From a virus: 64,000 bases of DNA. A program made the translations under genes and the position numbers. Positions 42,301-50,015 of this stretch are shown in pieces. Under the pieces are notes generated by a model that had not been told where the DNA came from, did no database searches, and worked only from the letters and a program-made list of their open reading frames with translations. Numbering within the stretch: the stretch's first letter is position 1; each line of letters starts with the position of its first letter. The stretch lies in the IMG/VR virus record IMGVR_UViG_3300045988_019905, one strand, 5' to 3'.

Positions 42301-45282
42301 TCTAAGTTCTTGAGGAAGTATCTCATCAATTATGTCGGTCGGATAACCTTGACTAATAAGGTCATCTTTGATAGCAGAATATTGTGCATCATAATCAAGT
42401 GTAACAAGATTTTCATCAGTGTTACTAAGAAACTTATCAAGAAGATAAGCATTAATTTCAGAAGAAGCATTAAATTGTCTTTCTTGAGCAGCTTCTTGTT
42501 GAGCAAGTATAGAATGTAGTTCAGCATCAGCAGTATCTTCAGTTACAGGAGCAACAATTTCTGGGGGAGTTTCTTCTCTACCCCCCGTAGGTGTGGAAGT
42601 ATCAGGCTTAACTTCTTCGGGCTGTTCAGGTTCAGTAGGAGCTTCTTCTGTATTCTGAGCAACAACTGGAGGAGTTTGTACTGGTTGATTATTAACAGTA
42701 GCAGCAGGTTGTTGTCCTTTCTGTCTTGCTTTAAGTCTTGCGTGACGACTAATAACATCTACAATAGGTTCAGATGATTCATCAAACAGATTAAGGTCAC
42801 GGTTTATTCTATCAAGTTCGTCCTTAACATTATCACTAAGATTTACACCTGTATTGCCAGATAAATAATCAAGAACATCATCAATATCATTAGAGTCAAA
42901 AGCATTATCAAGTCTTTGAAGAGTATCTTTGAAAGCTTCATCTTCTGTAACTTTAAATATATTCTCAATATACTTAGCTCTATCTCTAATTTCTTTATTT
43001 GTTTCAGCAATATCACTACTAACCAAAGTTTTTCTTCGGTCTGCCATACTACGTCCAATTACAGCAGTAGCAATATTTTTATCTATATCATTAAGTTCTC
43101 TATAAGCATTAATATCACGAGCTTCATTATACATAGCATTAAATGCTGTTTCATCAGCAGCATTAACAGACTTAAGAAACGCTTGTTTCTTCTTATTTAT
43201 ACGACGAGCAATATGTCCATGTTCGAGTTTATTAATTTTCTTATCTCTAAGATTCTTATCATTAAGAGTAAGTTGTTGATTAAGATAATTAAGTTCTTGA
43301 TTAATACCCTCAAGATTAATAACTCTATTAAGTTCTCCAACACGAAGTTTAGCGTTCTCATCTGTTATATCATTAAGTGCTCGATTATAATCAGAAGTAT
43401 AACCGTCTATTATACGTTGTTCAGCTTTAGTAGCTAATTTATTATATGTATTCTCCTTAGCAATTCTACCAGCAATATTAGCGTCTTTAGCGTCATTATT
43501 AATAGCTTTATTAAGTTCAGTTTCATACATCTCTGAAACTTCAGCCATCTTAGCAACCGTATTTGCCATAAATTGTTTAGATTCTCCTTGTTCAATAGCA
43601 TCACTCTTATCCATATATTGAGCAGTATCTTCTGACATTAGAAAATCTTTAAGCAAATCATAGTTACCTTTGTCAATAGCATTAATTGTTAAATCTGTTA
43701 TTAACTTTTCAGTTTCAGTTTGTTTAAGAGCTTCACGTTCAGTATCACTTATTTCTTCATAAGCGTTAGTACCATCAGCATTTTGAATAACATTCCCACT
43801 ATCGTCAAGTATAGGACTATTAGGATTAAGATTATTATTCAAGATAGCCATATTATTTACATATCTATCAAGAAGAGCAGCACGACTATCAATTTCAGCT
43901 TTACGACTTTCTGTTAGAACATCTTTGTTCTTAGTAACATATTTAGCCCATTGTCTTGTAGCAGCACTACCTATTCCTTGAAAAGCAACTCCACCAAGCC
44001 ATCCCCAAAATGCTTGTTCCCACATTTGTGGGTCTTGAAGATAATCAGTATAAACACGAGATTGATAAGCATCATTAAGCATAGCACGACCTTTATCAAC
44101 TCCGGCTTGTTGTTGTACATATTGCCAACCCTCTTCAAATCCTTCACTACCCTCACGAACAACATTAAGAAGAGTTTCTTTATCAGGAACTTGTAGAAAC
44201 TTTTTAATACCAGTAGGCGATTGAATTTCTCTACCAACTAATCGAGCGGCAGCTTGTTCATTTGCTTTTCTCAAAGTTTTATTGGTAGCCATATTCTTAG
44301 CACCTTTCCAAATATTCTTTAGTCCTTTGAGCTGCCAAGCATCTAATAACATAAGCCACATATCATTCGTGAAAGTATCATCAGCAGATTCACCAGATAC
44401 ATATTTAGCAATTTCGTCATCACTAAGTCCACGAAGTTTAGGATTATTCTCATATAGAGTTTCTCTGTCTTTATCAGACATAGTAGCTAATCGTTCCTTA
44501 GCTTCATCATAAACTTGTGTATAAGTATCACGAGCTTCTATATAGTTTTCAGCAACTCTACTTGCAGCAGCAGTACCTAAAATCTCACTTCCAGTTTCTG
44601 CCATCTTACCCCAAGTATTAGGTCTACCAAATGGTGTACCAGCAACTTTACCGATACCACGAGCAAGACGTCCCATACCTAATACTTTACCAAGTTTAGA
44701 AACAGCAGTACCGGGAATAAGAAGACTCAAAGTAGAAGCTATACTAACAGCATTACCAAGCCACCAACCTGTATCTCCAAAATCAAAATTTTCATCAGGA
44801 TTAGTACGATAGATTTCAAATCTTTCACGAATAGCATCTTGCCATTCAGCAAGTTGAGAACTAACAGGATTTGTATAATCGTCATCAGAAACTCCTATAA
44901 GTTGCCCAGCAGCATCAACCAAATCACTAAATCCACGAAGAGTACCAAGAACAACTTCAGAACCAACAGCTTGCCCAACAAATCTACCGGTTTGCTCAAG
45001 TACTCCTTGATTTTCTGCACGTTCTTTATTTAATTCTTCTTCAGTATTATAAGGATTAACATAAACATTATAAGGAGTATATTTATCTACATCATATTGA
45101 TTAAGATTATAAATACCTTTAGCAAGTGTACGTCCTAAAACAGAACGACCCTCGTCACTAATAGAAGTGCCGGGGTTATAATCTGTAATAGTAGGGGGCT
45201 GAAGTGCCCCCTTTTTAGTCTTAGGATTATAGTCAGGATTATCTCTAACGTTTCCTTCTTGTGCAAACTTTAGTATATCCAT
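39373..45282 (-). CDS. large virion internal protein with a zincin HExxH motif (1969 aa)
   Basis: ORF. VRVLAHEQLHKRIY (HEQLH at 40111-40125) looks like a zinc-metallopeptidase signature. A Pro/Glu/Thr-rich linker reads QPVQTPPVVAQNTEEAPTEPEQPEEVKPDTSTPTGG. It lies directly upstream of the RNAP gene, as in crAss-like phages. Confidence 0.55.
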   Translation of the reverse strand: MDILKFAQEGNVRDNPDYNPKTKKGALQPPTITDYNPGTSISDEGRSVLGRTLAKGIYNLNQYDVDKYTPYNVYVNPYNTEEELNKERAENQGVLEQTGRFVGQAVGSEVVLGTLRGFSDLVDAAGQLIGVSDDDYTNPVSSQLAEWQDAIRERFEIYRTNPDENFDFGDTGWWLGNAVSIASTLSLLIPGTAVSKLGKVLGMGRLARGIGKVAGTPFGRPNTWGKMAETGSEILGTAAASRVAENYIEARDTYTQVYDEAKERLATMSDKDRETLYENNPKLRGLSDDEIAKYVSGESADDTFTNDMWLMLLDAWQLKGLKNIWKGAKNMATNKTLRKANEQAAARLVGREIQSPTGIKKFLQVPDKETLLNVVREGSEGFEEGWQYVQQQAGVDKGRAMLNDAYQSRVYTDYLQDPQMWEQAFWGWLGGVAFQGIGSAATRQWAKYVTKNKDVLTESRKAEIDSRAALLDRYVNNMAILNNNLNPNSPILDDSGNVIQNADGTNAYEEISDTEREALKQTETEKLITDLTINAIDKGNYDLLKDFLMSEDTAQYMDKSDAIEQGESKQFMANTVAKMAEVSEMYETELNKAINNDAKDANIAGRIAKENTYNKLATKAEQRIIDGYTSDYNRALNDITDENAKLRVGELNRVINLEGINQELNYLNQQLTLNDKNLRDKKINKLEHGHIARRINKKKQAFLKSVNAADETAFNAMYNEARDINAYRELNDIDKNIATAVIGRSMADRRKTLVSSDIAETNKEIRDRAKYIENIFKVTEDEAFKDTLQRLDNAFDSNDIDDVLDYLSGNTGVNLSDNVKDELDRINRDLNLFDESSEPIVDVISRHARLKARQKGQQPAATVNNQPVQTPPVVAQNTEEAPTEPEQPEEVKPDTSTPTGGREETPPEIVAPVTEDTADAELHSILAQQEAAQERQFNASSEINAYLLDKFLSNTDENLVTLDYDAQYSAIKDDLISQGYPTDIIDEILPQELRSIRYIYNSVQEMNNGEHASSIDFVIAKLMTADEANRAEYFRNLIDIYKADNNILSIGGKDYFNIISLMRFAINESNATFETVNKLYNDLSAYLVSGVDENLINISPRDVALSREKLMELVQDQERENPELDNNIGVRTDNDFGKQALASLAVGQPLIPVVKSQGVEFWTTVNSPAGPIDAKIGFNSRAKRTADNDGYIFDNGYLTYEIRYNEDGYSSTLDDLFDQLNPQNGVLSEEAKEFIDALYKNKAGRLTQEDIDKFWNNSLTKELLNQVKNKNTNNDNAVRLLRSIGSVYLYNVSDNLDANYQSYVDWIAKQYNNYKMVDNIIDNQDNIKITVKYISRGEAIFGDDVTPAAIDKAIVGFNYDDIHLGAIAADGEIHDITNGTVRIKAGFKNRNMVVIVPNGTNEPFYAKVIPQAVNYNNGLGAAIRDEVLNSIRERQQGNITFEELKDRLMSIFGVKNFIDGVNCIEYNNRIIITTAGSDIPMITIYKFKNDSTDLGTGITLNPTQVSGAGVGRTGWGGTLETELADVVNKLLDSSVYSMSHGIARGTDSNRYVKHEDNGSLTVTFGDKSYNYGNYLDYIIKNGTGKIRLGKTNIGGYESNFRPNPKDDSAKQKVRIEYEVLRPVEDAETARQAAINALEQRGDQDNVPTNDIIKATAPEFLTAADKAILDEILPANVSIDTFNDNTDYAVYHTADGSITLFKPFFNLARGSQYKAVRVLAHEQLHKRIYDNGIMQSQIFIDEISAIRDAFINALNNPDAYPDFTKHIQDNLYDRDNYIAQLRKVVDPASFPNKDYTYMLEEFIVESLTNNVLNEALNNISSTKKVTADVKRPNLWQKIIELIRQLFGFNKIKDNTLLAQELRAFGKKFKDIKSVEEKLIQDDVNNKVEEPTPPITTVINEQESTAAELSQQADDTMGLDVDISDMFSSIDITGDNLSVPNMASIRTGLTAAERTEFDRSLAAGETKIYCL
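40406..40426 (-). repeat. GC-rich dispersed motif copy (inside the 1969-aa gene)
   Basis: GCATCCTCTACGGGGCGCAGC. The coding strand encodes LRPVEDA. Confidence 0.85.
42581..42599 (+). repeat. GC-rich dispersed motif copy (inside the 1969-aa gene)
   Basis: CCCCCCGTAGGTGTGGAAG. The coding strand encodes STPTGGRE. An upstream GGGGGAG (42563-42569) can pair with CT-A-CCCCC. Confidence 0.85.
45193..45216 (+). other. GC hairpin plus T-run, antisense to the 5' end of the 1969-aa gene
   Basis: AGGGGGC (45193-45199) - TGAAGT - GCCCCCT (45206-45212), then TTTT. Confidence 0.5.
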
Positions 45283-47907
45283 TTATTTACCTGTTATATT
45301 ATTAATTAATTGTTGGTAGTAATAAGCAACAATAGATTCGTTATTACCACTTCCAGTAATTTCAGCTAAAGTATGAGCAGTCTGTTCAGCAATAGCACTA
45401 ATAGCTTTAGGTTGAACCTGAACTCCAGCTTGAACAGCATTGAATATATCATTCCATTTATAATAAGCATCTCTTAAATCAACAGCCGTTTCATTAGAAA
45501 CAGTACCTAAAGATTTATTATCAGTCTTATTAACAACTTCAAATCCATTACCAACAGGAACCATAGTTACTTTATCAATATTAGCAAAAGCTGAAGCATT
45601 GGTTAAGTTAATATTACGACCAGCAGCGCCGTAAACATTTACATCATTCTTAGCTTTAAATGTTGTATCACGATTCCAACTTTCAACAGCAGCACTATTA
45701 AAACCACCAGGAGCATATAGAGTAACAGGAGTATGCTTTTCTTTATCTCCTTCATATTCTCCACGAATAGTAATTTGAGGACTCCATTGACCAGTCTGCG
45801 GGTCTTGTACAGCCATAACACTAATATCTTGCGGTTTAGCACTACGCAAACGAGCTGTTAGAATCTTACGGTCTTCACTTGAAACATTCTCAAACATATT
45901 ATTGTCACCAACAACTAAAGCTCCGGTTTGAGTTAAATCAATACCTTGAATCGCAGCCATAGCTTCATCAGTTTCAAGTTTATAAGCAGTAGAAAGTTTA
46001 CCAGCAGCTTCTGGATTAGCTTTCATCATAAAAGCAAGTTCAGCAGCATTAGCACTTGGTTGTGTAATAACACTTTGTCCAAGCTGTAACATTCCACCTT
46101 TCAACATCTCGTCGTTCTTCTTCTTCATACTATCTACTTTTCTTATAAGTCCCTCAAAGACATTATCTCCTTGAGAACTCCTACTTGTAGATGTAAGCCA
46201 AGCAGTACCTTGATAAGATTGTGATTCTGTAATAGGTTCTTCTTCACCATTAGCACTAACACGAACTACATTGTCGCCCCATTTACTATTAACAAGACCT
46301 TTACCAAGTTGCCATATTTTACCAACAAGACTTCTCTTATTAATAGCATCAGTAGAGGCTTTAGCAAAACTATAAAGACTTCTATTATTATCACGAGGAA
46401 GTTCAACATATTTCTTACCGTCTTTACTACCAAATTTAATACCTAATGCTTCGGCTTTCTTTTCACCACCAACATTAGCAATAAATTCATCATATATATC
46501 ATCGTCTGCAAAGTATTGACGAATAGCTTGACCGTTACTACCATATAAATTATTAACACGAGTAGCATAATCTTTAGCATATTTATTGTTCTCAACAGAC
46601 GGTAAATCGCTCATACTAACAATAGCATTATATGTATCAAATGCATTTGCTATATCAGGGTCTTGACCAGCTTTAAGAGTATTCAGATATTCTTGATTAT
46701 CTTGGATAGTTTCAAGATTCTGTAAAGCTCTAAGCTTTTCCATTGGGTCAGTAATATTATCAGTAATAAGTTTCTTAATAGCATCATTAGTCTGACCATC
46801 AAGATTAAATTCAAGATTAGGATTAGCTCCTTTAAGTAAGTTAGCAAGACTCTGTTTACTTGATGTTATATCGGCTTGAGCTTTAGATGGAACAAAATTC
46901 TCAATACGAACAGGGTTTGTGGTAGTACTAAGAATATCAGCTCCGCGAGGATTACCTTCAGCAGCTTGTTTGTTAGCAAGAGCTAATTGTGCTTTCCAAG
47001 CTTCACCATATTTAGTATCAGAAGTTTGATTATAATAAGTAGCAGCTTTATAAAACGGGTCAACTCTCTTAGTCAGATATTGTTCCGGAGTAAGAAGAAT
47101 ACCATCTTTATCTGTTATATCAGGATTATTACCACCACTCTTATCATATTTCCATTTAGCAATCTTATAATCTTGTTCAAGACTTGCTTTAGCTCCAGGA
47201 GTATTTTCAATTACAGCAGAAACAGCAGCAGCAAGTTTATCTTTACTAAGACGTTCCCAACGATTACTACTTGATGAATAAATTTCACCGGTAACTGATT
47301 TAGTAATATCATTAGTAACTTTACCTTGAGCATCAAGCCATCTTGTTTGACTACCTCCACCAGATTCTTTGGCTGCCCATTTAAGAGCTTGGTCAAGAAT
47401 TTGATTCATTGGAACAGTACTAACTTCTTGGTCAGTAGGTTGCCATTTACTTCCACCAATAATATTTCCTTTATCATCAGTAACATCCTTATAATTATAC
47501 TTATTCATTTCTTTGTAATAAGCTTTATAATCTTCAGGAATATCAGTACGTTTATCAAGATTATCAATATATTTTTTATAATCCTGTTGAGCACGAAGTC
47601 TACCAATCATACCCGGATTAGACATTATAGCACCATTTTCACGAATAACATCATCTAATGCACCGTAAGCATTACCGTAAGTGCTGTTATCTGTAACAGC
47701 ACTCCTTATCTTATTAACTTGTTGTTGTCTCCATTCATCTTCTGCCTCATTTAAATCAAGTTTAGCAAGTTCAGCTTGAACGGCAGATGCTGTATCAATA
47801 GCTTTAAGATGACCTTGTTCAAGAGTATCATAAGCTTTACCAGCAACATCCAAATTAACTGGATTAACAACAGGTCTAAATACCTGATTAAATTCCTCTA
47901 TTGGCAT
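45283..47907 (-). CDS. putative virion internal protein (874 aa)
   Basis: ORF abutting both neighbours. The track start at 47916 is TTG. The first ATG is at 47907 (MPIEEFNQ...). Confidence 0.55.
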   Translation of the reverse strand: MPIEEFNQVFRPVVNPVNLDVAGKAYDTLEQGHLKAIDTASAVQAELAKLDLNEAEDEWRQQQVNKIRSAVTDNSTYGNAYGALDDVIRENGAIMSNPGMIGRLRAQQDYKKYIDNLDKRTDIPEDYKAYYKEMNKYNYKDVTDDKGNIIGGSKWQPTDQEVSTVPMNQILDQALKWAAKESGGGSQTRWLDAQGKVTNDITKSVTGEIYSSSSNRWERLSKDKLAAAVSAVIENTPGAKASLEQDYKIAKWKYDKSGGNNPDITDKDGILLTPEQYLTKRVDPFYKAATYYNQTSDTKYGEAWKAQLALANKQAAEGNPRGADILSTTTNPVRIENFVPSKAQADITSSKQSLANLLKGANPNLEFNLDGQTNDAIKKLITDNITDPMEKLRALQNLETIQDNQEYLNTLKAGQDPDIANAFDTYNAIVSMSDLPSVENNKYAKDYATRVNNLYGSNGQAIRQYFADDDIYDEFIANVGGEKKAEALGIKFGSKDGKKYVELPRDNNRSLYSFAKASTDAINKRSLVGKIWQLGKGLVNSKWGDNVVRVSANGEEEPITESQSYQGTAWLTSTSRSSQGDNVFEGLIRKVDSMKKKNDEMLKGGMLQLGQSVITQPSANAAELAFMMKANPEAAGKLSTAYKLETDEAMAAIQGIDLTQTGALVVGDNNMFENVSSEDRKILTARLRSAKPQDISVMAVQDPQTGQWSPQITIRGEYEGDKEKHTPVTLYAPGGFNSAAVESWNRDTTFKAKNDVNVYGAAGRNINLTNASAFANIDKVTMVPVGNGFEVVNKTDNKSLGTVSNETAVDLRDAYYKWNDIFNAVQAGVQVQPKAISAIAEQTAHTLAEITGSGNNESIVAYYYQQLINNITGK

Positions 47908-47918
47908 AATTATCAATA

Positions 47919-49877
47919 TTAAAATGTAACACCTTTACTTGTAAACAATCTACGGTCAACATTAGGATGTGTAGCATCATAGATACCAAGAGTATTATTA
48001 TAATTTCTACGATTTTCAATACGACTAAGCATATCTTGAAGTCCAGCATTAATACCACTAAACATATTATTAAGAGAACTTGCTTTCTGTTCACGAATAC
48101 TATTACGGAAAGCGGCACTACGATTCTGCCAATCGTTCATAGCAGCAACATTAGTAGCTCTAACACCTTGCTTATTCAATCTATCTTGATTAATAAGTTG
48201 TGTTTCAATGTTCTCTTTTTGTCCACGAAGACTGTTCTTAGAAGTTTGTGCTTGATTACGAGTTCTTTGAAGTCTTTGTAGACGAGTTCTACTACTTGAA
48301 GTATTAGCATTAATATCAGTAGCCATACGACGAGCATTCTCTTCAATCTCTCCAAGTTGTGGACTAATGTTAAAATCAGTTTTAAGATTAGACGCTACAA
48401 CAGAATTAGGTTGAGGAGGAGCTTCCATATTATTAAGTGCTTTACGAGTATTAATACCGCTTGCAATAGTACCAGCAAGATTAGCACCAAGACCTATAAT
48501 ATCATTAGTGTCAAGTTTATCAAATAAAGCAAGTCTCTTACGAGGAGAACTAATAGTATCAGGAACGCCAGCATTAGTACTTGCGCCATCAACAGTACGA
48601 GTAGGTATCGTAGTTGGAATATTTCTTGATAAAGTAGGAAGTCCTTGCATCATACTATCAAGACTTGCAAATTTAGGAGCAGCAGTAGGTGTAGCAGTAG
48701 CAGAAGTTTTAGTAGTTTTGCTACTTCCACTTCTCCTACGGGGGGCAGAACTTGTAGCAGGTTTAGATGTCTTAGTTGCAGCTGTAGTAGCAGGAGCTTC
48801 TTCAATAGGAGTAACTCTTGTCTGTGGAGCACTATTTGTACTTCTTGTTCCAGTATTTCTGTTACCACCACTATAAGTTCCAGGAGTAAATTCAGGAACT
48901 TCTAACATATTTCTAAAGTCAGTTCTTGCACCTTTAGCGTCTCTACTTGCAGCATCAGTAACTTGTTTACGTTGTGCAGCAGCATCTCTTGCATAACTTG
49001 AAGCATCAGGATAACGAGTATCATAACTACCACGTCTAACAGTAAATCCTCTATTAGAACCAGAATTATTTTTACTACGACTTCCAGCACTATTTCCAGT
49101 TGCTCTATATTGAACAGGATTAAAAGGTTCTATAAAATTATTACCTTTTGGAATAGAACTATTAGCAACAGAAGCTTTAGCATCACGTTTAGCAGCAGCT
49201 CGTACTTGTCTATCAGATTTACGAGCAGCAGCACCACGACCATCAAGTAATCTACTATTAGGAACATCATCGTCAATAGGTAGATAAGCAGTTTCGCCAA
49301 ATTCATCATTAGTAACTTGATAAAGTTGTCCGTTCATAACAACATAATCTTTATCTCTCTTATCAGTACCAAGTGCAGCTTTTTTCCTACCCCCCGTAGG
49401 AGAAGGAAAAGGAACGTCTCCTACGAGCTTATCAATAACATTACCATTAACAGTAACAAAACCACCAGCAGCTTTTCTATTTTTATTAGGAACTAAACCA
49501 AGTTCTTCATCTATCTCAGTATTAGTTCTTCTACGAATCTTAACTTTACCACCCATACGTTTTTTACTTCCATCGTCATTAATTCCATTTACATCTTTAA
49601 ATGTTTCTTGTGCTTGAAACACTTTATCAGGATTAGCACCACCCATTACAAGTTTAGCAGGACTATTACCATTAATAATAGGTTGAGCACTAAATACTCT
49701 TAGACTATCTGGTCGTGTTTCGACAATCTCTCCATCTTCGACTTCTAAACCAGTCTTAGGATTCTTGCCAATATCAATACCACCTTGAGAGTGTTTACGA
49801 CCATTCATATAGTAAAGATTACCACCAATGTTAGTTGCTTTACCACCTCTAACTACATTTGGTTTAATTTTAGTCAT
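47919..49877 (-). CDS. putative virion internal protein, largely low-complexity (652 aa)
   Basis: A globular N-terminal region of about 100 aa (YYMNGRKHSQGGIDIGKNPKTGLEVEDGEIVE) is followed by about 400 aa rich in Ser/Thr/Arg/Ala/Pro. Confidence 0.55.
   Translation of the reverse strand: MTKIKPNVVRGGKATNIGGNLYYMNGRKHSQGGIDIGKNPKTGLEVEDGEIVETRPDSLRVFSAQPIINGNSPAKLVMGGANPDKVFQAQETFKDVNGINDDGSKKRMGGKVKIRRRTNTEIDEELGLVPNKNRKAAGGFVTVNGNVIDKLVGDVPFPSPTGGRKKAALGTDKRDKDYVVMNGQLYQVTNDEFGETAYLPIDDDVPNSRLLDGRGAAARKSDRQVRAAAKRDAKASVANSSIPKGNNFIEPFNPVQYRATGNSAGSRSKNNSGSNRGFTVRRGSYDTRYPDASSYARDAAAQRKQVTDAASRDAKGARTDFRNMLEVPEFTPGTYSGGNRNTGTRSTNSAPQTRVTPIEEAPATTAATKTSKPATSSAPRRRSGSSKTTKTSATATPTAAPKFASLDSMMQGLPTLSRNIPTTIPTRTVDGASTNAGVPDTISSPRKRLALFDKLDTNDIIGLGANLAGTIASGINTRKALNNMEAPPQPNSVVASNLKTDFNISPQLGEIEENARRMATDINANTSSSRTRLQRLQRTRNQAQTSKNSLRGQKENIETQLINQDRLNKQGVRATNVAAMNDWQNRSAAFRNSIREQKASSLNNMFSGINAGLQDMLSRIENRRNYNNTLGIYDATHPNVDRRLFTSKGVTF
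48724..48748 (-). repeat. GC-rich dispersed motif copy (inside the 652-aa gene)
   Basis: CTTCCACTTCTCCTACGGGGGGCAG. The coding strand encodes SAPRRRSGS. Confidence 0.9.
49387..49406 (+). repeat. GC-rich dispersed motif copy (inside the 652-aa gene)
   Basis: CTACCCCCCGTAGGAGAAGG. The coding strand encodes PSPTGGR. A local partner TCTCCTACG lies at 49417-49425. Confidence 0.9.
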
Positions 49878-49908
49878 CTTATAATATTATTATATAATTA
49901 TAGCATTT

Positions 49909-50014
49909 CAGCCGTTTTAAGGCTTGCTGTGAGACTTTCTGCCAAAGTAATACTATTAATCACTTCGCATACTAAAGTCCAACAGGCAAGCGGAAAAGCG
50001 GCTCTATGGCTGTG
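49909..50014 (-). repeat. R2-E: 106-nt conserved intergenic element, full copy
   Basis: The reverse complement reads CACAGCCATAGAGCCGC...GATTAATAGTATTACTTTGGCAGAAAGTCTCACAGCAAGCCTTAAAACGGCTG. It fills the gap between the stop at 50016 and ATG 49877. Confidence 0.75.
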
Positions 50015-50015
50015 T

